A DNA stretch of 64,000 bases, from assembly GCA_951406725.2 (NCBI GenBank), contig OX597817.1:145948001-146012000 (forward strand), written 5' to 3'. The translations under genes were made by a program, and so were the position numbers. Below, piece after piece: positions 50,292 to 62,937 of the stretch. The notes below the pieces were generated by a model. The model was not told the DNA's origin and did not search any database. It saw nothing but the letters and a program-made list of their open reading frames with translations. The DNA comes from Octopus vulgaris. Taxonomy: Eukaryota. Numbering within the stretch: the first letter of the stretch is position 1; each line of letters starts with the position of its first letter.

Positions 50292-51366
50292 CTGCTATTT
50301 CCAGTCCTTCTAATGATCACATCAAGAATTCTTTATTTGCTTGATTCTTATTCCTGCATAAATATGAGGTAAAGGAATGACTATCTCCACATCACCAGAC
50401 TTTTTGTGGTTTTTATGACAGAGGGCTGAGATACATGGCATATTGCTGTACTTGAGAAGATCTGCCCACCACAACAGAATTGAGATCCTAAAACCAAGAT
50501 ACCACATAAAAAGCACTGATGTTGGTACCACATAAAAAGCATCCAGTACACTGTGGAGTGGTTGGCATTAGAAAGGGCATCCAGTACACTGTGGAGTGGT
50601 TGGCATTAGAAAGGGCATCCAGCTGTAGAAATCAAGCCAAAACAGACGACAGAATCTGGTGTGGTTCCTGGCCCTATAATTTCTTCTTAAAGCTATCCAA
50701 CCCAGGCCAGCATGGAAAACTGACATTTGATGATGATGATGATGATTTAACCCGTTAGTTACCAAATTTCTGTTGAAATATAGTTTCAATTAACTTTGGA
50801 AACAATAAAGAGTCTAATAAAATGAACTTTGTCATAATTCTCTGGTGTTTGGAACATAAATTTTGCTGAAATTTTGAAGTAAGGTTTTATTTTAGATCAC
50901 TTTAAAACAGAACATTTGTATCATAAAATCAATGGTGCTTTCAGGCATGTTGGTATCAAAAGGGTTGAATGGAATGGTGTCTCTTTACATGTGCCATTTC
51001 TTTCCCTGTTAGTTTTTGGAATCAGAATTTTGCTTCTTCAAGCCTTGGCTGGCTTCTTGCCAAGACTAATGAGCATCCAATTATATTATTGGCACATATT
51101 ATTGCCCTTGGGAAGATGAAAGGCTAATTCAACATTGGAGAGGAAGAAAGTTTTAGCACACTAGGGTTCTAGGCAGTGTTTTTTCCATTGGTAGCAGTTA
51201 ATTGTTTTATTTGTAGATATATATCAAACAACATTTACAAGGACAAAAGATGATTGAACCTGGTGATGTGGAGATAGTCATTCCTTTACCTCATATTTAT
51301 GCAGGAATAAGAATCAAGCAAATAAAGAATTCTTGATGTGATCATTAGAAGGACTGGAAATAGCAG
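50292..51366. repeat. Perfect 107-bp inverted repeat (50292-50398 and 51260-51366) with an 861-bp spacer
   Basis: Base-by-base comparison shows the two arms are exact reverse complements. Confidence 0.92.
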
Positions 51367-54104
51367 CTGAATCATCTTCAAATTATACTTTACATTTTGA
51401 AAAGGGAAAGATACATTCAATAATGTTATTCTAGATACACAATGCCAGAGAGAAAACAGAAGAATCATAGTTGGAATGCATTTTAATCATATTTATATCA
51501 CTTTGGCTAAACACCAACAAGAGCCATCACAACAGCATGATAATCAAAACCTTTCTTTTTGCTATTATTTCTGATAATTGTAAAAAAAACAAATATTGAA
51601 AACTCAGTCTTTCTGATATCAACCTGCTTGAGACTGTCCTGGCTTCTATGATACAAAATTCATATTTTAAATTAAAACCTTCCATTAGAATTTTAGGTTA
51701 ATTTATGTTCCAAACACCAGCTTAATAGTCCTTTCTGCTATAGGCACAAAACTTGAAATTGTTGATTACATCGACCCAAGTGTCAACTGGTTGGTACTCA
51801 CTCCCCGAACTGAAAGGATGAAAGGTAAATTCAATTTTGGCAGAATTTGAACCCAGGATATAAAGACGGACGAAATGCTGCCAAGAACAATAAAAATTCT
51901 GCCAGCTCACTGCCTTAAACACCAACTAAATATTGATTGAAGTTCAATATTTTTCTTAAAATCTGGATCTACCTCATTCTCACACCATCTCACCCGGTTT
52001 TGGACATCCCCCCTCCTCAAACCAACCCTCCCAAGCTTCTCCCCCCACCTGTCCCCTCCACGTTTTCTATGGTTGACCAAAGTTATTTTAATTCTTCATT
52101 ATTTTCAAAATTAATTGAAACAAAGGCATTGTATTCCAAAAGAAATATGGTAACAAAAGGTTTAAAAAGCAATAACAATATAGAGAAGGACTGAATTATT
52201 TCTTAAAGAAAATTGTGTTATTTTTCATCAGTGGCTTCACAACATGTTATTTGGTTACTGCTAAGCCAGAAGAGGAAGGGCACAGCCCATGGCCCTTGGC
52301 TGCAGGGTCTCTGAAACTGATGAGGAAAAGGAACAAAGAATCCACAACTGATGAGGGTACCTTCAGACCAACAACCTAATCCAAACACTTGCAGTATTGC
52401 AGTAAATTGGCAGAGTCATGGGATACAAAAATTTCAACATCAAATAATAAATAATTAAGTGACATTAACAGCTTTTGTGTATTTTTGAATGGTCAGAATG
52501 AATCTTCCATGCTGTAATTACTTTAATTTCAACACAGTCTCAGATCAAAACAATTGCCAGCACATCTCTAAAATACACTCATCCAGTTATCTCCATTCTC
52601 TTATTTAGTATAAACCTGAAAAGGGCACCACCTCTGTCTGTCTGTCTCTCTCTCTAACTAATGAATGGGAAAATCACAGCTCATCAGAGTATGTTTGTGT
52701 ATTTATGTAAATGTCTATACAGGAGGAATTACAACTGTGTTTCGTGGTCTGATACCATAACAGCTCCTTTATAGGATCCAGTTAGCTCAAGACATCATCA
52801 AGAGGAACCACATCCGGTTTCGGCCCCTACTCCTCTACCGTTTTGACATGGCGTGCCCCCCACCCTTTCGGAGGTGTCTTCAGCTCTGGTGTTGGGTGCA
52901 TGTCTTCTTCCTTCTGTTCCCTGGCCTCTTCAATGTATCGTCAGCGAGTGTCAGCTGGTGACTGACTTGTCAAATTTTTCCCTTTTAAATACTTGCCGCT
53001 AGGTCTGTACATGAAACACTGTTTTAAGTATTTGTGCAACTTTGGTATAATAAAATATTAGATCACCAAAATACCCTAATATGTGCACCAACATACCCTG
53101 TAAAGCATCATCAGCATTTAATGTCTACTTTCTATGCTGTCATGGGTTGGACAGTTTGACAAGAGCTGCACCTGTTGCTTTTGACAGGTTTTCTCCAGCT
53201 GGATGCCCTTCTTAACACCAACCAATTTAGAGTATACTGGAGGAAATGACGAGCGACCTAGACCTTTGGAGATATGCTGTGCTTGAGAAGACCCAGCAAG
53301 CCAAGTGAGAACATAACCGTGGCCTATGCCAGTGTAACATAACCAAACCATTTAAGAGTACCCTTCAATCATTGGGCAATAAACTGTGCTTGAGAAGACC
53401 TGTTGAGTCAAGTGAAACCATTGTCAGTGCTGCCTGACTGGCTCCCGAGCCTGTGGCACATAAAAAGCACCATTTAAGCGTGGTCGATGCCAGTACTGCC
53501 TGACTGGCTCTCATGCCAGTGGGATGTAAAAAGTACCCACTACACTCTTGGAGTGGTTGGTATTAGGAAGGGCATCCAGCTGCAAAAAACCATGCCAGAT
53601 CAGATTGGAGCCTAGTACAGCCTCCTGGCTTGCCAGTCCCCAGTCAAACTCTCCAACCCATGCCAGCATGGAAAGTAGATGTTAAATGATGATGATGATG
53701 GGTGTTTTTTTACGTGGCACTAGCACCAGTGCCTTTTATGTGGCATCTACACTTACCACAGAGGCTGCCAGAACCAACCAACATCAGGCATACTTTATTA
53801 GAATTGGTAAGAAAAGAAGTATTTCTAATACAAATGAACTAGTTTACCAACAGAAAATGAATAAATAGTTTGAAGAGAACAATAACAGACTTATTTATTC
53901 TTATTAATATTTAATGGCCAACCTAATTGATAATAATATTTCAATTAAAAAACTGCTTACAGCATTTTTTAAAGTTAATTAAGTTTAAAATAAAATAACA
54001 TGTATTATTACAGAGATGTACTTGCATAGCAAGTGACCTGATCTGAGATTATGTGCTGAAACAAAAACAATTGCAGTGTGGAAGGTGTTTGTAAGCGATT
54101 TTAA

Positions 54105-54310
54105 AAAAAACATAAAAACTATTAGATTCACTTCGACATTTAAATTTGATTTGTCAAAATATTTTCGTCGTTTTGAGACTGTGACCTGTTCGCTGACAAA
54201 ATTCTGTGCAGCATGGAATTTTATCAGTTAACAGGTCGCAGTTTCAACATGACGAAAATATTTTGACAAATTAAATTTAAACGTCGAAGTGAATCTAACG
54301 GTTTTTGTGG
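54105..54310. repeat. Large imperfect palindrome (foldback/MITE-like); half copy at about 40432-40580
   Basis: Arms TTAGATTCACTTCGACATTT...TGACAAAATTC and GAATTTTATCAG...CGTCGAAGTGAATCTAA around a centre near 54205-54213. Confidence 0.75.
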
Positions 54311-55271
54311 GTTTTTTTTTAATATGTGTTATGTTAGATATATATTAAGGGCAATAAAAGTTACATTAACAAAATAATTTAATAATTTGCAATATACTGT
54401 ATATATTCAAATTATATATTGCACAATATACAGAAATATAAAAATGATATAAAAACAATTTAAAAAAAAAAATTTTATAATGGAATATAAAGATAGGTGA
54501 TGGTGAGATTTGATATACAAAAGATAAAATACTTGATTAGGAAAATTTTGGCAGAATATTGCAAAAGTTAGAATAGTATAAGGGTGGAGGATTGGAAGTA
54601 CCATTAGAGCATCAGACAAAATGCCTTGTGATATATCTTTTAACTTTTGTTTCAGTCACTAGACTATGGCCATGCCTTGAAGAATTTTCAGTACTTATTT
54701 GATCAATTTCTTTTGCTGAGCTACTAAGTGAAAGGGATTTAAACACACCAACACAAAGACACACATACACAGATATACATATATGTACACACATACACAC
54801 ATGCGGCAGGCTTCTTTCACTTTCCATCTACTAAATTCACCCACAAATCTTCGGTCGGCCTGGAGTTATGGTAGAAAACACTTGCCCAAGGTGCCACACA
54901 GTGGGACTGAACCTGGGGCCATGTGGTTGGGAAGCAAGCTTCTTACCACACAGCCATGCCAACACTATACTATATATATATACACATAAAAACAGGCCTC
55001 CATCTGCTAAGTGATGGGGATGTAAACAAACCAACAACATTTGTCAACCAATAGTGGAGCATACATACATACATACATTCGCCATGATAGATCGCTAGCC
55101 ACTAAACCGTTTTCTATTTTCTCTCCCTGTTTATTTCTGTGCTCCTTTCTGTCGAAGAGCATAGGCTTGAAACGTAAAAGACTTTCTCACTTCCCGAGGG
55201 TTAAACTAATACAGCTGTTTGTTGTTTACACACCTGTCTTTGTCTTTTGTTTTTTTTGTAAATTCTCACCA

Positions 55272-55299
55272 TACATACATATATATATATATATATATG

Positions 55300-55337
<38 letters not shown>
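55272..55337. repeat. (TA)n microsatellite; representative of many (TA)n, (CA)n and (CAT)n tracts (e.g. 1588-1665, 5708-5737, 31762-31792, 34650-34681)
   Basis: Direct reading of the sequence. Confidence 0.95.
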
Positions 55338-55343
<6 letters not shown>

Positions 55344-55890
55344 AAAAAAAAAAATGCACAACTCCATTGTCTCCCGAGACAGAAAGGATGCCAATACCAT
55401 ACAATACACACACACACACACATACAGGACATGCTTCTATCAGTGTCCATCTAACCAAATCTACTTACAAGGCTGAGGCTATAATAGAAGACACTTGCCC
55501 AACATACCACATTGTGGGACTGAACCAGAATCCTGATGGTTATAAAGAAACCATCATATCCTTATAGATAAGCGATTGTATTTCAGTTCATTAATTCTTT
55601 ATCTCTCTGGGTCGTGCACTTAACTTTACAAATGTCAATTCACCTGACCATGTTATCTGCGGTCCTCACAGGATATAGATTTGTCTCTTGACTATTGACT
55701 TAATGATTGCTTCATCACTATTTTAGCAAGTGCAGAGAAATCTATGTTTCATTGATTCACAAGATCATACGATCAAAACATTTCCGGTGCAATATCAGTT
55801 ACTGACTAAAGGCAGCAAGCTGGTAGAATCATTAGGACACCAGGCAAAATGCTTAGCAGTATTTTGTCGATCTTTATGTTCTGAGTTCAA

Positions 55891-56296
55891 GTTATATGGC
55901 TCAGAAACCTGGACGTTATCAAAGAAGCTTGAGAGGCGGTTGGATGGAACTTACACTCGCCTCCTTATGAGCTCAAAATATCTCATGGAAGCGTCATCCA
56001 ACCAAAGTACAAATATATGGGAAATTACCACTTGTATCATCTCTTGTGAAAGGTAGAAGAGTTCAGTTTGCTGGACATTGTTGTAGAGCTGAAAACGAGG
56101 TAATTTCTACTCTTCTCCTCTGGAAGCTATCTGCTCGCAATACCAGATGGTGCACACTCTCCTACCCTGATGTAATCTCCAGGGATACAGGCATCCAGCA
56201 ACAGGACCTCCGTAGTGCTATGATGGACCATGAGGTCTGGCGTAACATGGTAAATTCTATTGTCTCGACCACAGTCAAACATGAATGAATGAATGA
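55891..56296 (+). mobile_element. 5'-truncated LINE of a second RTE-like family, with (GAAT)n tail, inserted into a family-B SINE
   Basis: LYGSETWTLSKKLERRLDGTYTRLLM...RRVQFAGHCCRA...LLLW...AMMDHEVWRNMV. The host SINE stops at GAGTTCAA and resumes at GGTTGACTTTG. Confidence 0.85.
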
Positions 56297-57037
56297 GGTT
56301 GACTTTGTCCTTAATCCCTTTGGTGTCAATAAAATAAGTACCAGTTGAACACTGGGCCCAATGTAACTGACTTGGCCCGGGCCCAATGTAACTGACTTGG
56401 CCCCTTCCCCGAAACTGCTTGCCTTGTGCCAACATTTGAAACCAATATTAGTTACTGACTAATACTTATTTAGGTGTGTTTTTCTTAATTATTTCTAGCA
56501 AAGCTTTGTTATGCTCCCTGTATTAAATATGTTAACACTAAGTTAACAGCGGTAAAGGAAGACAGGCAATTCTGTATGACAGTGAAAGTCATCATCTAGA
56601 AAAGAATGTGTTGTTAGTGAAGGAGTGACATAATCAGATTTACTAAGAAACTATTTAGAAAGAATAAGTATCAAATGTTTGCAGCTCAGATGTCTGTTTG
56701 TAAAACCTCCCACTGCTGCCAAAAGCCAACACTCCCACCACCTGCTTCCCTTCAAATCAAACAAATCACACACGCACATTCTAACCTCTTCTACTAATTC
56801 TGCTTTCAAATTCACCAAGCCAGATATTCCCATTCATTAATTTAATGTGCACTTTTCCATGCTAGCATGGGTTGGACAGTGACTCAGTCGAGGCAACATC
56901 TTACCCCCATATGTCTTTCCTGTTGTTTTAAATAAAATATTTTTTATTCCACAGATCTTCAAAAGTGCAAAATGACCACTCATAATACCAAGGAATGTAA
57001 ACATTCAAACACACACAAATTTATGAGTAGATTATTA

Positions 57038-57317
57038 AATGACAAGAGAACAGAAGTTAAGTGATCACAGTCATTAACTCACAGCTGTTTCTGCTACAAG
57101 ATGCAGTGCACTCAGAGCTAAGTGCTGGTGCAAAATCCTATAGCTTCATCAGAGGGCACTGTATTTAAAAACTTTCTGAAATAGACATACACTTCATTTT
57201 AAGGGTTCCATGGAAGCTATAAGGTGATGCACAAGCACTCAGCTCTGTGTACATTGTCCCTTCTAGCAGAAACAGCTGTAACGAGAGTGATTACATGATT
57301 CCTGTTCTCTTGTCATT
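57038..57317. ncRNA. Inverted pair of degenerate type-I hammerhead ribozyme motifs (Penelope pseudo-LTR-like)
   Basis: Minus copy: CTGATGA (57152-57146), stem II GCTATAGGA/TCTTGTAGC, GAAA CAGCTG TG. Plus copy: decayed core near 57205-57214, equivalent stem II, GAAA CAGCTG TA (57269-57280). Confidence 0.65.
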
Positions 57318-57839
57318 CATTAATTACTATTACTTTCTGTACTTACCTAATGCTTTACTCTAAAGCATATGCATATTGCATTCTAACTACTGATACTTAA
57401 TATCAACATGCCTTTTTATGTTTTTCAGTCACTTGTCTGTGGCCATGCAGACCTTGAAAGATTTTAGTCAAACAAACTGACCCCCAGGACCTTTTTGGTT
57501 TTTTTGGCTGGTACTTATTCTATCAGTATCTTTTGCCAAATTGCTAAGTTACGGTGACTTAAACAAACCAACACTGTCAAGTGGTGGTGGTGGGGAGACA
57601 AATACATACTCAAAGACGCACATACACACATAGATATATACATATATATATGATGGGCTTCTTTCAGTTTCCATCTACCAACTCCACTGACAAAGCTTTG
57701 GTAAGTCCATGGATATAGTAGAAGACACTTGCCCAAGGTGCTATACAGTGGGACTGAACCCAGAACCATGTAGTTGGGAAGCAAGCTTCTTACCAAAGAG
57801 CCATACATATACCCAGGCCTATTCCCCATTTTTTTTAAG

Positions 57840-58485
57840 AGGGTGTATCCACAGCAAGACACACATCAGGCATTCCATTCATTTCCTAGCTCAAAGGGGC
57901 AAGCCCCATTCTATGCTTGGGTCAAGGCATAGAATGCAACCCCCAATATCAGCAGTGGGGCCTGACAGCACATGCTGGTTTACCCCCGCCATATCATGCT
58001 GGTTCCATACCCCTTTGAGCAACATCAAAATTCACTCCTCCATCCACAAATGCCCTCCAAGCTTTCCTATCATTTATAAACTCTTGTGTCTCTCACTCAA
58101 ACACCTCTAACTACCAAAGCTTTCCTCACTCTGTCCATCCACACAAACGAGGTCTGCCTCTGGTTCTGCTGCCTACCACTTCAGCCTTCATCACTCTCCT
58201 TACCATCTGCTCCTCATCCATGCTCTTCATGTGGCCAAACCACCTCAACATTCATATATCCAATTTGTTTGTTAGTTTTCCTTTCATTCTTGCTCATCTC
58301 CTCATTCCTCATCCTGTCCATCTGTGTCACACCAACCACAGCCCTCAGACATCTCATCTCAAACACATCTAGTCGCCTCCTCTCCGCCTCTCTCAGCCCC
58401 CATGACTCTGCACCATATAACATTGCCAGCACAATCATGTCCTCATACACACCTCTTTCTGCTTTTATACTCAACATTTTATTGC
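57840..58485 (-). mobile_element. Old RTE-clade LINE fragment (third family)
   Basis: MLYGAESWGLREAERRRLDVFEMRCLRAVVGVTQMDRMRNEE, followed by frameshifted WFGH-like and GRGRP-like segments. Confidence 0.8.
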
Positions 58486-61149
58486 AGGAGCAAGGAGATT
58501 GAGAATCTTCTCCTAGTAAATCTATATTCCTAAAAAGACAGCAAGAAAAAAAAAAATAGTCATGTCTACACAAAATCACAATATATATATAAAACAGGCT
58601 TCCATCCAGTTTCCATCCACCAATTCCATTCACAAAGAATTAGTTGGCCAGGGCCTATAGCAGAAGGCTGAATCTGAAACCATGTGATTGCAAAGCAAAC
58701 ATCTTGGCCTTATAAACTATTGTATTCCAGTTCACTACAACATTATCTCTTCGGGCAGAGCACTCAATTTTACAAGTCTCAATTGACTTAACTGACAATG
58801 TTATCTACGGCCTTTATGTGATATAAATTTGTCTTTTATCTGTTTAACAATACGAAACTGAAACTAAACATGAAGTCTGTGCTCCTTGCAGTTTTGGTGG
58901 CATTTGCATGTTCTGCCATATACTAAAGCAGGAAAGTATCTATAAGAAGCAGTAGGATTAGATCTCAAGTCTTATTTTATTTTCTACACAGCAGGCACTT
59001 ACGGTACCATAGGCCTCCATTGGAATATATCATTCAGCAAAACTTATTTCTTTATTGCCCACAAGGGGCTAAACACAGAGGGGACAAACAAAGACAGGCA
59101 AAGTGCTTAAGTTGATTACATCGACCCCAGTGCGTAACTGGTATTTAATTTATCGACCCCAAAAGGATGAAAGGCAAAGTCAACCTTGGCGGAATTTGAA
59201 CTCAGAACATAACGGCAGATGAAATACTGCTAAGCATTTCGCTCGACGTGCTAACGTTTCTGCCAGCTCTCCGCCTTTCATTCAGCAAAACATGCTCATT
59301 AACGAACAACTGGAAACACAAGAAGCACAGAGTCTACTTGCAGGTACATACATCAGTCTGCAGTTAATTATATCAACCTTAGTATTCAAATAGTAATTAT
59401 CAAGTCCAGAAGGATGAGAAAGTTGACTTCAGAAGGATTTGAACCCAGAACATAAAAGGCAACAAGCTATTTTGTCAGGTGCTCACACAATACTGCCTGA
59501 TCTCAGGATTTTGGATCTTACAAATACATTACTACAAGATCATGAAAAATGATGGTGCTATGCTCATCATTATCATCGTTTAACATCCACTTTCCATGCT
59601 AGCATAGGTTGGATGATTTGACTGAGGACTGGTGAACCAGATGGCTGCACCAGGTTCCAATCTTGATCTGGCAGAGTTTCTACAGCTGGATGCCCTTCCT
59701 AATGCCAACCACTCTGAGAGTGTAGTGGGTGCTTTTACATGCCACCGACACGAGAGCCAGTCAGGTGGTACTGGCAACAGCCATGCTCAGATGGTGTTTT
59801 TTATGTGCCACCTGCACAGGAGCCAGTCCAGCAGCACTGGCAACGACCTCACTTGAATGTTTTTTCACGTGCCAGTAAGACGACGCTGGTAAGAATCAAG
59901 CTCAAACGATGTTTTTTACATGCCACTGGCACGGAAGTCCACTCAAATGCTGATTTTTACATGCCACCGGCACGGAAACCAGTTAGCTGCTCTGGCAACG
60001 ATCACACTCGGATGGTGCTCTTAGTGCTCCACCAGCACGGATGCCAATACTGAAGATACGTCCAACCCAAATCAGAATGGAGAAGCACTGCTGTTGATGA
60101 TGGAAATCAGTAAGAAAAATTCTCTAAAGAGCCTACATCGGTCATGATCAATCATATATGTGTGTCAGTATGTACAGGTTCTTGTGGAAACCTGGTATTT
60201 ATCCAGACTTGCAAGTCTCCCTATCTACACCATCAAACGTCCAGAGAAAGGTCACCAATTTAGGGCCAGTACATCTGACACAAGTGTTATGGCAAATGCT
60301 GCTGTCAAAACACAAAAACCAGAACAGATACCATAAGGTATTTTGTGTGATGTTCCAACAGTTTCACCAATCCACTATGCTGGATTGGTACTTATTTTAT
60401 CGACCCCAAAAGGATAAAAGGCAAAGTTGACCATAGTGGGATTTGAACTCGAAGAGTAGACAGTTGAAATGGATACCAAAAGACAGTCAAACCAATGGTC
60501 TAACAATTCTGCTAATTGGGCGACTTTTAAATGTAGTGCAGCTAAATTTACAGACTCAGACCAATTATTCATCTCAAACAATGTATTTAAAGAAGCCTCT
60601 CCAACCGAGTTATTTTTTAACTTATTTCTGCAGGCATATACCTAAATTTAAAACCATCTTTTTTATTCACAAAGCTGCCTCTACGGAAGTCATTCGACAA
60701 TGCTAGAAATAACAGCCAAATTTCGCGCTAATCACACACCTTAGCGTCTTAGACAAGTTAGGCACATAAGGTAATATAGAACTATGTATTCCTAGCAAGT
60801 GTGATGGTCGTAGATGGAAAGCATTTGATGGTAGCGTTGCTTCAAACCAAACAACCACCACCTTGCTACTTCTATACTGTATTTCTTTCTGTTAAATTAA
60901 TTTTTCATACGTTCCCACAATACACGACTTTCCAACTCTTTAAACTCGAAATTTACCCCAAAATTCTCACTTTCCTCCCCACCCCCATTTACGCATAAAA
61001 GTTGTTTTATATATAGTGATGAAAAGAAAGAATTGAAATGTTAATGTTGAGCGATAATTCCACTTATAAGAATGAAGAAATGCAGTGCCAAACGCCTCGA
61101 ACCCTTTGCCTGACCAAAGCAGTTTCTGAAGTTTGTCCGCAATGGCCAT

Positions 61150-61660
61150 ACTTATTTTCAAACTCTTAGTTGGCACGTGTTTCATACGTTCTTAGTCCCA
61201 AGATACAATAATGGTTGACAAAAAAATAGGCAACGATGCATGGACGCCAGGGAAATATGTAATACATAGGATGGACAAAGGATTAAATTCAACTCATCCA
61301 GCTGACTGGAAGAAGTTCGTGGGCTTGAGAAGTAAATGTATTGATTACAAGTTGAAAGAGTGCGTTGGGTGGATTTGGTAAAGTGTTGAGAATAAACCCT
61401 GGTGAGTTCAAACAATGAATGTGACAATAGTTTGAATAAGTAAGAGCATCGCGTTGCAAGAACGAAAAAAACACCTAATTAGTTGGTACATGTAGCAGTG
61501 TAAAGTCACGCTTGATGACAACCCTTTATAATTGCATGTTGGTTAGTTTTTGTCTGACCCACCCCCAACAGATTTTCCCCTGGATGATATCTCCCACGTA
61601 GGAATACTGGGGCATATGAACAATGCTCCAGTATGGAACATATCTTTGCAATGTATACAG
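61150..61660 (-). mobile_element. Highly decayed CR1/Jockey-like LINE 3' fragment
   Basis: Minus strand LY..AKICSILEHCSY resembles the CR1 C-terminal LYKAQVRPILEYCS. Only weak downstream motifs. Confidence 0.35.
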
Positions 61661-62147
61661 TTAGTAACTTCCCATAACAAGTATTTTGGACTATAAAAAA
61701 ATAAAGTTAGTTATCTAGAAACTGTGATATACAATATTATGGAGTTATTTGAAGTTTCTAACTTAGGTATATCTGTTTTACGCTTTGAAATTTTAAAAAA
61801 ATGAAATGATATGAAAATAACCCAGAAAAAACACGAAACAATGAACATGGTATATAAAAATATGCCAAATGAAATTATATAATGTATAAAAGTACTTTAT
61901 CACATTGGTGGATGAAAACAAAGATATAGATATATATATTAGATTAAACATGCAATCCTCGTGTTAGTGAGAAATTCGTATTTTGAGGTTCTAATGTTAA
62001 TTTGGTGAGAAATAAATACGTATTTATTTTACAAGACGTACAAGAAAACATTTCGAAAAAACCGAATGATAAAGAGGAGTTATGACCAATAATGAGATGA
62101 ATATGAATGGGGCCAATAATAGTAAATAATCTTCGAACGACACGAAC

Positions 62148-62188
62148 CTTTTTACAGACCAGTTGGTAGTTGTTTGTTTAGATAACAT
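62148..62188 (-). CDS. UBA3: Probable UBA3 first coding exon: MLSKQTTTNWSVK(R)
   Basis: ATG at 62188 with an in-frame stop upstream, then 13 codons plus AG|GTTCGT. The phase-2 end fits the phase-2 start of exon 18614 (AG+A = Arg). It lies in CpG-richer DNA next to the PRA1 gene start. There is no protein similarity support, so it could instead be a 5'UTR exon. Confidence 0.55.
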
Positions 62189-62937
62189 TGCAGTGAATGT
62201 GCAACAACCATCAAATAATGTTATCGGTCGTTCGTTCCCTTAGCGGTGTATGACCAACCATCCAACCCGAGATAAACACCGATGCGTTAGGAGCCGAACC
62301 GGCAAAAGAAAACATTCAGTAGATCATTTCACGAGAAATAAATACAAAACTGTGAATAAATTCATGCTTACTTATGATCAATGACTGTTAATATATATAT
62401 AAATATAAATGCGCGTGTATTTATATATATATTTAAATCCCTTGGACCGGGTAATAAAATAGGAGATAGAAGATAAGGCAAGAGCGGAAATGAGAAATAA
62501 GCAATATTCCGGTGTCGCTTAAAACCGTAATAAAAAACAAGCTTACTTCTCTGTAAAGTTTGAATAATTTATAAATAAATTTAATTAAATGATCGAATAT
62601 ATATTTTATATGCATACACACACACATATGTGTGTATACTTACATGCATATATAAAATAATGCTCTAGAAAATTCCCCTAATATTGATAATTAAATTATA
62701 TGCAAGTGTTTCAACTAATTTCTGCGAATTTGCATTTGTAAATAAAAATATTAAAATTTTTTCCGTAACTTTTCTTTTAATAATAGCTGGATTTATTATT
62801 AATTATTTTTTTACAAGTTTACACATTTATAGAAATTTTTTTATATATAACATAACGCGTGTTTTAAGCAGTCTTGTCAGTCGGGCCGATACAGCGGCTT
62901 TTATCTCGTTGTTGTAAGCGGTCGGATTACTGAGAGA
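62189..62937. promoter_or_regulatory. Probable bidirectional promoter and 5'UTRs between UBA3 (-) and the PRA1-family gene (+)
   Basis: About 750 bp with no recognisable transposon between two divergent start codons. CpG-richer flanks around an AT-rich core, with ETS-like motifs (GCGGAAAT near 62484, ATTCCGG near 62506). Confidence 0.55.

Noticed and set aside
50540-50620. Short perfect tandem duplications (about 38 bp here, about 25 bp at 56354-56404)
   Set aside because: Ordinary slippage duplications inside repeats, with no further structure.
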